Virus record (IMG/VR): IMGVR_UViG_3300024054_000549
Strand: one strand, 5' to 3'
DNA: 43,934 nucleotides
DNA from: a virus
Lineage: Duplodnaviria > Heunggongvirae > Uroviricota > Caudoviricetes
The translations under genes and the position numbers were made by a program. This document shows positions 27,017-37,271 of the stretch, piece after piece. Position 1 is the first letter of the stretch; every line of letters starts with the position of its first letter. Under the pieces are notes generated by a model. It did no database searches. It saw only the letters and a program-made list of their open reading frames with translations, and was not told the DNA's origin.

Positions 27017-27283
27017 CTATTCTTCAGATTCTTGCTGAGAATCCCTGAAACTTTGAACAGCTTTTGATAAAAGTTCATTACACAGTTCGGTAGCTTCAGC
27101 TTCTGACATCTCATTATCATCGTACTCAGCATCGTAAAGAATTTTTGAATCCTCAGAAACGATGTTAAAGATTTTAACTTTTCCGTTAATGAGATATGTA
27201 TCATTCCCAAGATTTTCAACTGTTTCAATTAAAGAACTTTCAACATTCTCAGTATTCTCAGTATTTTCAATAACTTCTTCCAT
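27017..27283 (-). CDS. Small acidic hypothetical protein (88 aa)
   Basis: Start moved to ATG 27283, which has an AGGAGA RBS; short ENT repeats. Confidence 0.7.
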   Translation of the reverse strand: MEEVIENTENTENVESSLIETVENLGNDTYLINGKVKIFNIVSEDSKILYDAEYDDNEMSEAEATELCNELLSKAVQSFRDSQQESEE

Positions 27284-27303
27284 ATTTTTTCTCCTTTTTA
27301 AAA

Positions 27304-29673
27304 TCATGTACAAGATTCACAAACATATTCTTCATCGGATTTTTGTTGTTTGCAATAATAAAATGTTTTCATCCCATAATAAAACCCATAAATGTGTAAT
27401 TTCAGCATTTCAAATAAACTATCTGGTGTTTTGATGTACACATTGACCGATTGAGCTTGATCAATCCATTTCTGCCTAACAGCCGCATTTTTCAATAAAG
27501 CGTACTGATCACATTCAAACGATCTTTTATAATACGAATTATTCTTTCTGAAGTTAGCAACAACTGTTGGTATAGTCATAGTTCCTTCTTCCTTATAGAA
27601 TAAATCATGCACAGGTTCAATTGATTCAATAGCGTTAATAGCCCGTCCACTAGTTGCCGTTGGTGCTATAGCCATTAACTGAGCATTTCTTATTCCAAAT
27701 ATTTTTACTCTTTCAGCTAAATCGTCCCATTTTTTCTTATCGTATGAATATTCAGTTAATGAGAATGCTTTCTTATTAGCTTTATGAATTGGAAGAATTC
27801 CTTTAGACCATTCAGTTTCATGGAATTTTGGGAACTTTCCTTTTTCGATAGATAATTCAACTGACGAACTGATAATTTTATATGAAAGATCATCAAATAA
27901 TTCATCAGTTTTTTCTGCTGCTTCTTGAGTATCTATAACTATTTTATTCAAAGCTAAATAGTTAGTATAGTTCATTACACCTATACCCAAATACCTGTAC
28001 ATTATATTTGAGTTCTTTCCTTCCTTTACAGGATAGTGAGCAACATCAATTGTATTGTCTAATGATCTCGTTATGATTCTTACAAGTTCCATACGTTCGG
28101 AATCACTTAAATAGAACCATTTTTCTAAATTAATTGAACTTAAATTGCACAATGCTATCTCACCGGCTTTGTACCGTTTGATGATTCTTTTATCTTCATC
28201 TTCCATCGTTACTAATTCTTCATTAATAGCCTCCGATGCCCTTGAAGGAATAACAATTTCAGAACATAAATTACTAGATCCGATATACCGATTGAGCATT
28301 GATTGCTCATTAACATTTTCTTCGTGAAATAAGTAAATGTTACCTGTTTCTGAACGCTCTTTGAAAATTTTCTCAGCTAAATCACGAGCTTTAATTTTCT
28401 TTCTTCTGACATTAGATTTATTACAGAAAATCGTATAAAGATCATTAAATTCTTGACCGTATTTAGATATTAACTCATTTACATCTTTTGGATCGAACAA
28501 AAAGACATCATCATCGTTTATTACAGCATTAATGAAAAATTCATTAAGTTTAATAGCGTATTTTAATCCTCTTGCACGATTTTCATCAGTACCGCCATTA
28601 GATTTCAAACTAAGAATATCTAGAACATCAAGATGCCACCATGGGAAATAAATTGCACAAGATCCAGCACGCTTCCCACCCTGATTCCATGCTTTCATTA
28701 TGCTTTCGAACAGCTTAATGAATGGTACGGGGCCGGAAGAATATCCTTGTGTGCCTTCAATATAACCACCCTTAGCTCTTATTGAAGAAATATCTAGAGC
28801 TGTACCACCTTTATGTTTAGAATAAATTCCAAGATTCTTACCTGTATCAAGAATTGAATGAGAATCATCTGAAACTGTATTAAGAACACATGAACTAAGT
28901 TGCTGATTAACTGTTAAAGCATTCAACATGATAGGTGTAGCAACGGTGTACAGATGTTTTGATAGAGCATTGTAAACATCAATAACTCGTTTAACTCGAT
29001 CGGTTTCATTAACCATCAGAGCTAATGCTACTCTTACATAAGCATGTTGAGGAAGTTCTAATTTTTTCGTTTTACTATAATTCAAACAGTACTTATCAAA
29101 GAAGGTAACTAATCCTTTATAGTTAAAAAGAAAATCTCGTTCTGGGTCAATGGCAGAATTAATTTCTTCTAATTCTTTTTCTGAATACTTTTGAATTGTT
29201 TTCTTATCATATATTTTATGTTCGATTCCCTTTAAAAGAACTTCTTTAATATGGGGATAATCAATAGTTTTACCAATATTAAAAGTTTCTTTATAATAAG
29301 ACATTAACTGTAATTTAGCACTGATATCCTCCCATTGTGGATACAATAACGAAATTTTATTAACTGCTGTTACAATTAACTGTTGATAAACATCTTTAAT
29401 ACTAATCTCTTTGTGTAATTTAATAGATGTATCTCTGATAAGTTCATCAGCTAAGAACTCATTGTCTGAGCATGCCCATAGACAAACTGCCTTCATTTTA
29501 TGTGGCATGAACGGTTCTTTTCGTCCATCTCGTTTGATTACTGTGATTTTCGAGCCTTGAAGTTCAACTTGATTAGATATTTCAATGCTAGTGTCAGATT
29601 CGACAGCGTTAGATAATTCATCTAACTGTAAGGTATTATATCTGATTGCTTTATTTTTTCTAATGTCGTTCAA
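27304..29673 (-). CDS. nrdA: Ribonucleotide reductase class Ia alpha subunit with ATP cone
   Basis: VIKRDG ATP cone, SSC, NLCSEI, APTATS and C-terminal CESC; TTG start with an AAGGA RBS. Confidence 0.95.
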   Translation of the reverse strand: MNDIRKNKAIRYNTLQLDELSNAVESDTSIEISNQVELQGSKITVIKRDGRKEPFMPHKMKAVCLWACSDNEFLADELIRDTSIKLHKEISIKDVYQQLIVTAVNKISLLYPQWEDISAKLQLMSYYKETFNIGKTIDYPHIKEVLLKGIEHKIYDKKTIQKYSEKELEEINSAIDPERDFLFNYKGLVTFFDKYCLNYSKTKKLELPQHAYVRVALALMVNETDRVKRVIDVYNALSKHLYTVATPIMLNALTVNQQLSSCVLNTVSDDSHSILDTGKNLGIYSKHKGGTALDISSIRAKGGYIEGTQGYSSGPVPFIKLFESIMKAWNQGGKRAGSCAIYFPWWHLDVLDILSLKSNGGTDENRARGLKYAIKLNEFFINAVINDDDVFLFDPKDVNELISKYGQEFNDLYTIFCNKSNVRRKKIKARDLAEKIFKERSETGNIYLFHEENVNEQSMLNRYIGSSNLCSEIVIPSRASEAINEELVTMEDEDKRIIKRYKAGEIALCNLSSINLEKWFYLSDSERMELVRIITRSLDNTIDVAHYPVKEGKNSNIMYRYLGIGVMNYTNYLALNKIVIDTQEAAEKTDELFDDLSYKIISSSVELSIEKGKFPKFHETEWSKGILPIHKANKKAFSLTEYSYDKKKWDDLAERVKIFGIRNAQLMAIAPTATSGRAINAIESIEPVHDLFYKEEGTMTIPTVVANFRKNNSYYKRSFECDQYALLKNAAVRQKWIDQAQSVNVYIKTPDSLFEMLKLHIYGFYYGMKTFYYCKQQKSDEEYVCESCT

Positions 29674-29694
29674 TTTTTGTTCCTTATTTGTTCC

Positions 29695-30792
29695 TTAAGA
29701 ATTAAAATTTAGTTCAATCTTACCCTCTGGTACATCATTCTTCATGATCCCGATTGAATAAACAGCTAGATCAGATTCTTGTAATGCGGCATTATCTTTA
29801 TTCAAATTTTTGTATGTTTCGAACCATTGCACAACATCTGTTTTTTCTTGATTGAAAATTTTTCCCATCCCTAATTGAGTACTGCGGAAATCGATATAGT
29901 ACTTAAGGAATTGCTCAAATACTTCCCTCGTTAGGGTCGGGATATTCCCTATACTAATGAGATATTCAGCCCATTCCAATTCTTCTTTATAACAACTCAT
30001 GAATGAATTTTTCACCATGTCATTGTACCATTCTGTTTCCATTAGTTCTTTGAAACCTTCGGAAGATTCTGTTCGAAGAATATTTATTAACCCCTTACCC
30101 ATTGAAGTATGTAAATCTTCATCGAAATTAATCAGCTTAATAATTCTAGTAGCTCCTTGAATCTTGTTGTTATAAGCATTGTTAATAACATATGTTGTCA
30201 AGAATGAAACATAGAATTTAATTCCCTCTAAAAGAAAAACATTAACTAGTAATTCAAGAACTAATTTTTTCTTGTCCTCTAACGATTCAATTTTTTCAAG
30301 ATTTTTAACCCTAGTGTACAAATCAATTTCTCTATCAATTCGGTGCTGAATTTGAGGAAACTCAGAAATCATATTGAACTTTAGAGTACTATCTGCGAAG
30401 ATTCCCCGGAGAATATGAGAATAACTTAAACTATGAATAAGTTCAAAATAACCCCAAGTCCTGAACATTGCTTCAAATTCTGAATTGGTGCATAGTGTTG
30501 AAAGAATTTCTTCCATGCCTTTATTTTGACCAGAATCCATCAAAGTCTGGAATAACCAAATTCTGATCATGACGTTTTGCATTTCTTCAGGCAATTCATA
30601 GAATTTCTGAGCGTCATTCTGCATTGAAATTTCTTTAGGATTCCAGAAGGCATTTCTTTGTTTTTCTTCCATATCTACGGCAAAACGATAGATAGGATTA
30701 TCGTAACGCTGAAAACCAGAATAATTCCCAAAAAAGATTTTTTCTTCGGATTTTTCAGTAACGAGATTTGAAACGTCGATAATTTTTTTCAT
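29695..30792 (-). CDS. nrdB: Ribonucleotide reductase class I beta subunit
   Basis: FWNPKEI, D84-equivalent MDSGQ, ELIHSLSY, LEGIKFY and DEDLH iron ligands. Confidence 0.95.
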   Translation of the reverse strand: MKKIIDVSNLVTEKSEEKIFFGNYSGFQRYDNPIYRFAVDMEEKQRNAFWNPKEISMQNDAQKFYELPEEMQNVMIRIWLFQTLMDSGQNKGMEEILSTLCTNSEFEAMFRTWGYFELIHSLSYSHILRGIFADSTLKFNMISEFPQIQHRIDREIDLYTRVKNLEKIESLEDKKKLVLELLVNVFLLEGIKFYVSFLTTYVINNAYNNKIQGATRIIKLINFDEDLHTSMGKGLINILRTESSEGFKELMETEWYNDMVKNSFMSCYKEELEWAEYLISIGNIPTLTREVFEQFLKYYIDFRSTQLGMGKIFNQEKTDVVQWFETYKNLNKDNAALQESDLAVYSIGIMKNDVPEGKIELNFNS

Positions 30793-30835
30793 TTTTTGCG
30801 AACCTTATGGATAAATTATTTTAATAAGAATTGAA

Positions 30836-32344
30836 TTAAAAAAGATTGAAGTTAACTTCATTGATTGGGTATTCTTCTGGATTATAGCTTGTTTTCTTTC
30901 TGTGCTGGTACTGTTTATAAAAAATTTCTCCAGGTTTTTTGAATGAAAAATTATCAACTAAATCATAAACAACGAATTCAGTTTTCGATTCATGAAGTCT
31001 CATACCGCGACCTAACGATTGAGTAATAGTAGTATATGATTTTAATGGACTAGCAAAGACAAGATTATGAAGTTTCTTTATATTAGCTCCAGTACTGAGA
31101 AGGGCATAATTCGCAACAAGTAATGCATTATCATGTCCTTCAAGAACTTTTCTTGTTCTTTCTCTAGTTACTGCATCATCTTCACCATTCAAAAAATAAA
31201 CACCGTACTGTTCCTGGAATTCATAAGATTTTTTACCAGTTATATTCTTATTTTCAATCTGAACATCAGGAAAAAGATTATTCATTATGTCAATATAAAG
31301 TGATTTACCGTGTTCTGTATGTTGAAAAAGAATCAGAGAATTGCCCTTATTTCTTAATTTAGAAGAGAGATTAACTATAAAACTATTTCGTTTCTCATGA
31401 TCTTTTACGAACTTTAATTTCTCGGTATAATTCTTTGTTCCTTTAAAAATAGCTTTATCATTATTACTGTAATTGAATATAAGTGTATTTATTCTGATTG
31501 GAGTTCCCAAACCGCGTTGAATCAATTCTGAACTTGTAATATACGTTTTTGGGAATCCGAATAACCCAATCAATTGCATTTTCATTGATAAATTCTCCGG
31601 AAGTGAACCGGTGAATCCCCATTTGTATTTACAATTAACTGTTGAACTAACTATATCTGAAGTTTCTGCTGACGCAAATCGATGACACTCGTCAGTAATA
31701 ACATAATCCAATTCATCTAATTCTGTTCTAAAGTTCAACAACGATTGCCATGTACTGATCGTTAAACTTTTGTCGAAATGTTTTTCTGAGTTTCCACCAC
31801 CAATAACATGTGTGTTCTCGTATAAATCATTCAAATTATAATCCTTAATATCATTTTTGAATTGCACCAAAAGATTGATATTAGGGACAAGCAATAAACC
31901 TTTTTTATTTTTTCTTCTAAAGAACTCGGCAATTAATGAAATAGTTAAACTTTTGCCAGAACCTGTTGCCATTTTGTTCACTTGTTTAACATTAAGAATT
32001 GATTCCCTAAATGCTAATTCCTGAAAATCATGAGGCTTAAATGGCAAAATAGTTCTTACAGAATTCAAGAATTCATCTAATTCTGAACTAGAAAAGTCCG
32101 ATATTTCCGGCTCGTATTTGATTCCGAATTTTCCAGCTAATAATTCTAAGTGTCCGTTAAGAACAATTAATTTCTTATCTTTAGGAACAGAAAAGAAATC
32201 ATAAGGTGATTTAAATCCAGCTTTCACCAGATGTTCAAAATATGCTCCTTCCCTTTGAACCTTAAGATAATTATGAATTTCTTGAAGGATTTTTAAATCA
32301 TCATCTAATTCAGAATACGACTCATTTAATTTTTTTACAATCAA
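30836..32344 (-). CDS. uvsW: UvsW-like SF2 DNA helicase
   Basis: ATGSGKS, DECH, FTGS, STGANIK and QSLGRGMR; about 500 aa like T4 UvsW. Confidence 0.9.
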   Translation of the reverse strand: MIVKKLNESYSELDDDLKILQEIHNYLKVQREGAYFEHLVKAGFKSPYDFFSVPKDKKLIVLNGHLELLAGKFGIKYEPEISDFSSSELDEFLNSVRTILPFKPHDFQELAFRESILNVKQVNKMATGSGKSLTISLIAEFFRRKNKKGLLLVPNINLLVQFKNDIKDYNLNDLYENTHVIGGGNSEKHFDKSLTISTWQSLLNFRTELDELDYVITDECHRFASAETSDIVSSTVNCKYKWGFTGSLPENLSMKMQLIGLFGFPKTYITSSELIQRGLGTPIRINTLIFNYSNNDKAIFKGTKNYTEKLKFVKDHEKRNSFIVNLSSKLRNKGNSLILFQHTEHGKSLYIDIMNNLFPDVQIENKNITGKKSYEFQEQYGVYFLNGEDDAVTRERTRKVLEGHDNALLVANYALLSTGANIKKLHNLVFASPLKSYTTITQSLGRGMRLHESKTEFVVYDLVDNFSFKKPGEIFYKQYQHRKKTSYNPEEYPINEVNFNLF

Positions 32345-32541
32345 TTTTTCAATTTACCCTTATTGGATGAATTAAGGAAGAAAGCACCAAATAACGCGGC
32401 CTTCCAAGCCGGATAATCTATCTTACCATCTGAAAAGAACTTATACAGAAAATAGTACTTAACGAATCTGATTAGCAAACCGAGTGTCGGTAAGATTAAC
32501 AGTGCCATGAATAAAAGAATAGTAAGTTCAACTTCTTGCAT
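32341..32541 (-). CDS. Small membrane protein (66 aa)
   Basis: Hydrophobic N-terminal helix, AGGAGA RBS, and 4-nt overlap with uvsW. Confidence 0.65.
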   Translation of the reverse strand: MQEVELTILLFMALLILPTLGLLIRFVKYYFLYKFFSDGKIDYPAWKAALFGAFFLNSSNKGKLKN

Positions 32542-32576
32542 TTCATTTCTCCTTTTTTTACATTATAATACAAGTT

Positions 32577-35249
32577 TTACTTAATGTAACCATAAAATTC
32601 TTTTACGTTCTTATCAACTCTATATCCTCTGTATCCAACTGTTGTTATTTTAGCTCCGCTTGCATTATCTTCTTTGTACCCGCAATTATCTAAAATGTAT
32701 TTTAATCTCTTATTTCCCATAATATTTTTTTTGCTGTACTCATCAAATATTTCTTTTTGACCATATTCTAGGAGGACATTATAGAAATGCAAATCATCAA
32801 CTTCTGAATTGATAACGGACTTTGAGATCAAATTTCGAATATCTGTATCATCCCATATTAGTTTAGTATAATTAAACGCAGCTTTGTAGTACTTTGATTT
32901 CTTTATGAATCCCCTATCCTTTAGGGCGTACTCAAAAATCTTAGTTTTAATATTTGGTGAACATTCTTTTATATCTTCATCTATATAAGCTAATGCTCTG
33001 AGCGCATAATTCGCATCAAAGTCCATTAGAAGTGAAGTTTTTTCAAAATCTTTAAGCGATAAAAATTGTTCGATATGTGATAATAGAACATTGTGTTTTT
33101 CACTTTTAATTTCATCTATGTACTTATTAAGAACATTCCCCTCAAATGTCGTATTAACTATTCGTGGTTCTTTCATGAAATGATACTTTAACAACCATTT
33201 GAATGCTTCTCTGTGATTAAATTCTAATATATTTTTAAATGTATCAATTTTGATTGCTTTTTTACCAATTTCTGATAATTTACCTTCACCATAGTCATCT
33301 ATATCGAAGAGATAATTCTGTTCAATATTTCTTCCTATATTTCCAATGTACTCATCTCTGATGTCATTATAACTAGTTTTCAAATAGTTGATTCGATCTT
33401 TAATGAACATATGAATTTCTTGCGATCTTCTTGTTCGTTTAATCATCTGAATTGAGCTGATGACATCTGTGCTCATTGAACTGTCATAATGGAAATGATA
33501 ATTGATACTGTTCAAATTAGAAACACCAACGGTTAATGTTGGAGAGAAAATTAGAACGTCCCATTTATCATGGTTATCTTTCTGAAATAAATCATAAATC
33601 AGATTTTTGGTGCTTTCTGGTGTATCAGCTGTTAAAGTTACAACTTTTAATTTTCTCTTTTCTAAAAGCATTCTGAGTGAATGAATAAAGTTCATTGACG
33701 TACTAGAAATAGTTATCTTATGACCCTTATCGGTATGATAAATTAACGATTTAACGAAATAATTGAAATTATCATATAAGTAAAGAGTAGTTGGATCTCT
33801 ATAGATATTATCGATCAGATGAATATTTGTTTCTTTATTCGAGAGCAAAAAGTTCTCATAACCTGTTAAAAATGCATCAGCAATCACCAATTTTTTATTG
33901 AATGACCCAAAGAATTTCGCTATATTGATGTTTGAATTATTCAAGTTCGATCGACTATGCATCATTAATGATACAAATTCATCCATGATTACAATATCGA
34001 AAAATTTGATGTTGTACTTCCATAATGAATCGAATTGACAAATCAACGAATCACCAATTTCGTATTTATCTATATTATAGACCTTGATACCATATTTTTT
34101 ACCAAAATCGTGAGCTACAGAGATTCGATTCGTGATGACCAGAACTTTCATATCTTGATCATGACATTCTTCAATTATGTGATTAATGATTGTGCTTTTT
34201 CCTGTTCCCATTGGAGAACGAATGCTCAGTAATCCATTCTTATTATTCAGAAATTCTTGAACTTTTGAAGAAATTTCTGGTGTTATCTTAAGATATTTTT
34301 CATTAACCGAAATAACGGAAGTATCAGTGTTGAATTGAAGAAATTCAGAGTCATAATTGATCTCTTTTTTCATCAATTCTTTAGCCAGATCTAGTTTTCT
34401 TACAGTATCAAAAATGTTAATTGTTTTAACACTGTTCCAATGGTGCATTGTATAAGGTGAAGAACTAAACCAAAAATAACCCCCTGGTGACTTCTTTTCT
34501 TCGGGATGTTTAAATGAAATTGATCCATTCGGGTTATTCTTAATCGCTTCGAATTGCATTGATTGAAAAACCTTCAAGCATAATTTCTCCATTGAATCGG
34601 CTTCAATGTTCTGAAGTTCTGAAATCGGTATTGCTATACTCTCACCAACATATTCTTTTTTGATTTCGTTAATGTGCTCTATAGCTTCTTTCTTAACGAA
34701 TTTGAATCTAATCCCATCTTCGTTATTTAGGAAGATATTATTCTTCATTATTGGAGCATTAAGTGAAGCCTTTCTAATAACGGCTTCGTCTATAGTACAT
34801 AAATCTTTTAAGTCGTGCTGAATTGATGAAATTGCTATCTTAGAGTCAGCGTATTCGATACATTCTGTAAAAATAATACCCTTCATATTGAAGTTATTAA
34901 TACCGTTGTATGATTTAGACTCACCAAGAATGATTTTGTAGTCCTTGAAGTACTCAAGAATTTTTTGTTTGTTGAATTCTGATTTTACATTGTCAATATC
35001 AAGAATAAAATAGGTTATACATTCATGATAGAATTCGTTAAGATTTTCTTTTCTTCTGAATGTTCTAATTGGTTTTTCTAAATAGTATAAAGGGATATTA
35101 AGTACAAAATGCGATACTAGAACAGAGTACATCTGTAAATTAGATGAGGCAGTATATGTCTCAAAAATGAATGTATTGTCATCGTAAGGTGATATAGGAT
35201 TTTTAGATTGAGTTTTCTTAGCCTGAAAGACTGTAATTTTTTCTTTCAT
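32577..35249 (-). CDS. Putative AEP-like primase fused to an origin-binding-protein-type (UL9-like) SF2 helicase
   Basis: N-terminal ILDIDN (DxD) and SKS; helicase SPMGTGKS, MDE, SPTLTVGVS and QMIKRTR. Confidence 0.65.
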   Translation of the reverse strand: MKEKITVFQAKKTQSKNPISPYDDNTFIFETYTASSNLQMYSVLVSHFVLNIPLYYLEKPIRTFRRKENLNEFYHECITYFILDIDNVKSEFNKQKILEYFKDYKIILGESKSYNGINNFNMKGIIFTECIEYADSKIAISSIQHDLKDLCTIDEAVIRKASLNAPIMKNNIFLNNEDGIRFKFVKKEAIEHINEIKKEYVGESIAIPISELQNIEADSMEKLCLKVFQSMQFEAIKNNPNGSISFKHPEEKKSPGGYFWFSSSPYTMHHWNSVKTINIFDTVRKLDLAKELMKKEINYDSEFLQFNTDTSVISVNEKYLKITPEISSKVQEFLNNKNGLLSIRSPMGTGKSTIINHIIEECHDQDMKVLVITNRISVAHDFGKKYGIKVYNIDKYEIGDSLICQFDSLWKYNIKFFDIVIMDEFVSLMMHSRSNLNNSNINIAKFFGSFNKKLVIADAFLTGYENFLLSNKETNIHLIDNIYRDPTTLYLYDNFNYFVKSLIYHTDKGHKITISSTSMNFIHSLRMLLEKRKLKVVTLTADTPESTKNLIYDLFQKDNHDKWDVLIFSPTLTVGVSNLNSINYHFHYDSSMSTDVISSIQMIKRTRRSQEIHMFIKDRINYLKTSYNDIRDEYIGNIGRNIEQNYLFDIDDYGEGKLSEIGKKAIKIDTFKNILEFNHREAFKWLLKYHFMKEPRIVNTTFEGNVLNKYIDEIKSEKHNVLLSHIEQFLSLKDFEKTSLLMDFDANYALRALAYIDEDIKECSPNIKTKIFEYALKDRGFIKKSKYYKAAFNYTKLIWDDTDIRNLISKSVINSEVDDLHFYNVLLEYGQKEIFDEYSKKNIMGNKRLKYILDNCGYKEDNASGAKITTVGYRGYRVDKNVKEFYGYIK

Positions 35250-35257
35250 AGTTTTCC

Positions 35258-35344
35258 TTAGTTAGTTACACAACTGGTGTCATAATTTTCTTGATCTTCA
35301 GTTATGTGAATCGTATTCGAATGAATTATTTCTATATTTAACAT
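35258..35344 (-). CDS. Possible 28-aa leader ORF, not in the ORF track
   Basis: MLNIEIIHSNTIHITEDQENYDTSCVTN. ATG lies 5 nt after a TATAAT box, and its stop overlaps the TAAGGA RBS of the next gene. Confidence 0.35.
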   Translation of the reverse strand: MLNIEIIHSNTIHITEDQENYDTSCVTN

Positions 35345-35349
35345 AGAAC

Positions 35350-35358
35350 ATTATAACA
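35350..35358 (-). promoter_or_regulatory. Extended -10 promoter (TGnTATAAT)
   Basis: TGTTATAAT on the minus strand upstream of the primase-helicase; no consensus -35. Confidence 0.55.
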
Positions 35359-35521
35359 TCTAAATGTATAATTTTGTATTATCAATTGAGATTTTTTGAT
35401 GCAAATAATAAGCATAACCGATAATAGGTAGTGAACAATTTTAAAAAGTTATTGATTAAAATAATTATTCTCAATAATTTTGAGATAAGTTAGTATTTTT
35501 GAACTTTAATAATAAAGGGGC

Positions 35522-36022
35522 ATGAACTTGAGTAATTATATTACATATGCAATGAATGAATTTCAAGCAGCAGGTTGGGTAGATAGTAATGGCAAATGGT
35601 CTGATAGTACACAGCAAGCAATGTGCGAACATGTTATGGATTTACTACGCGTTTTCGGCGATGAAGGACACAGTGGAACAACCGCACCATATGCAATTAA
35701 CCTATTTTCTAAATTGGCAAAGTTCGAACCAATTACACCATTAACCGGTGATGACAGTGAATGGAATGAAATAAGTGACGAATGCACTGATGAAGTTTCC
35801 GTTTATCAAAATAAGCGTTGTGGCGCAGTATTTAAACAATCTAACCGTTTTGATGGTAAACCATATTACCTTGAAGCAGTTGTATTTTGGGATTGGCACA
35901 CAGATTCTGAAACTGGTAGAAAATTTAAATCGTATTATACATCAGGAGATTCTGCACGAGTAATCGAATTTCCGTACACGCCAACAACAGAATATATTTA
36001 TGCCCCAGATACAACTACATAA
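35522..36022 (+). CDS. Conserved-looking phage hypothetical protein (166 aa), counter-oriented
   Basis: AAAGGGG RBS; FGDEGHSG...PLTG...W...YQNKR pattern recalled from diverse phage hypotheticals; somewhat higher GC than its neighbours. Confidence 0.75.
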   Translation: MNLSNYITYAMNEFQAAGWVDSNGKWSDSTQQAMCEHVMDLLRVFGDEGHSGTTAPYAINLFSKLAKFEPITPLTGDDSEWNEISDECTDEVSVYQNKRCGAVFKQSNRFDGKPYYLEAVVFWDWHTDSETGRKFKSYYTSGDSARVIEFPYTPTTEYIYAPDTTT

Positions 36023-36030
36023 TCTAGTAA

Positions 36031-36318
36031 TTATTCTATGATGAAAATCGATTGATTTTTCATCTTGAAGTTAAAATTACTTAGAACTTTTTTGATTTCT
36101 TCTTCGTCATATTTTCTAGCAAGATCTATTTGAGTTCCAAATGCAGTTGGTGTAATTAACTTAATTTTGAAACCATTTCCTCTAAGTATTCCTTCAGGTG
36201 TTTCCTTCTTTTCGAGAATAACTCGATTGACTCGAATACTTTGATCTTGCTTAGAAGATATTTCAGTACTGCTGATATTAGTTTCCTTAGGAACATCAAA
36301 TAATTTTCGGAATGTCAT
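36031..36318 (-). CDS. Hypothetical protein (95 aa)
   Basis: ATG 3 nt after the stop of the capsid-like gene. Confidence 0.7.
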   Translation of the reverse strand: MTFRKLFDVPKETNISSTEISSKQDQSIRVNRVILEKKETPEGILRGNGFKIKLITPTAFGTQIDLARKYDEEEIKKVLSNFNFKMKNQSIFIIE

Positions 36319-36321
36319 TTA

Positions 36322-37194
36322 TTATTTAGTTACCTTAAACTTGAAAAGCATTTCATCATCAACGGTGTGTAATGGCGATGCTGTAATTGCAAATCTATTG
36401 TAAATATGATAAAAAGCCGCGCCGGTATCTGGATCGATAGAAGTTACAACGTTAGATGCATATGGTGAAAATACTGCTGAACTTTTTGAGGGATTAGAAC
36501 TGTCCTTTAAACCAACAAAAACTTTCGTTGCATTTGGGTCAGGACTCATAAAAAATCTAGTTTTACCAACTTTTGAAATGTATAATTCATCTAGTTCGTG
36601 TTCTTTATCTGTCATGTACTCTTTTAGGGACATAAAAGCTGCGCCAATTGAATATGGTAACACTGCAAAAGCACTATATGTTCTTAAATACTTAGAATTC
36701 ATTCTCAGAATTAACTTGTGAATTTGTTGAGTTATTTCAAATATAATTGTTTCAGCGTTTTCTGGAGCAGATAACTTAAAATTACCACTATCTAAAGAAT
36801 TATTTTCGAGGAATTCTAATGTTCTAGCGTTCTCCTGTTCATTAGCTAAACCTCTTAGTAATAAACCGATGACTTTATTTCCATTTTTTCCGAACTGGGA
36901 CATAACGTCCTGAAAAGCTTCCTGAGTTAGTCCAGTATGAATGGATACACTTGGATAGCATTGGACATCTTTTCTTAATAATTCAAAATCGTTTGATAAC
37001 TTTTTCTTTCGAATGTTAAATAAAGCGCCAGTTGGACCATTTAGAGGAATAACGGAAAATATTTGTCTTCCGAGAGAAGGAAGAGATACCTGTTGAAATA
37101 ATGCATCTGCTGACAGATTATCATCTGTAGATGCAATATTATCTGCATTCGCTCCGACTGTATCCTCTAATAATTTAGTGTTTAATTTTTCCAT
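36322..37194 (-). CDS. gp23/gp24-family capsid protein (head vertex-like, 290 aa)
   Basis: IFSVIPLNGPTGALFNIR matches the gp23/gp24 VQPMxGPTGxxF signature; has its own late promoter. Confidence 0.75.
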   Translation of the reverse strand: MEKLNTKLLEDTVGANADNIASTDDNLSADALFQQVSLPSLGRQIFSVIPLNGPTGALFNIRKKKLSNDFELLRKDVQCYPSVSIHTGLTQEAFQDVMSQFGKNGNKVIGLLLRGLANEQENARTLEFLENNSLDSGNFKLSAPENAETIIFEITQQIHKLILRMNSKYLRTYSAFAVLPYSIGAAFMSLKEYMTDKEHELDELYISKVGKTRFFMSPDPNATKVFVGLKDSSNPSKSSAVFSPYASNVVTSIDPDTGAAFYHIYNRFAITASPLHTVDDEMLFKFKVTK

Positions 37195-37235
37195 AAGAAA
37201 ATAATCCTTTTGCAGTTATGATCGAACAATAAATA

Positions 37236-37243
37236 TATTTATA
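37236..37243 (-). promoter_or_regulatory. T4-type late promoter TATAAATA
   Basis: Exact consensus, intergenic, upstream of the capsid-family gene. Confidence 0.75.
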
Positions 37244-37271
37244 ATTTACTCGTAAAGAGAAATACATATAT

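Noticed and set aside
26211-27434. ORFs 26211-26456, 26962-27228 and 27162-27434
   Set aside because: Alternative-frame or antisense overlaps of better-supported genes that have an RBS.
24081-30792. Inteins, introns or homing endonucleases in terminase, nrdA and nrdB
   Set aside because: Lengths match uninterrupted homologues and no splice or LAGLIDADG/HNH motifs were seen.
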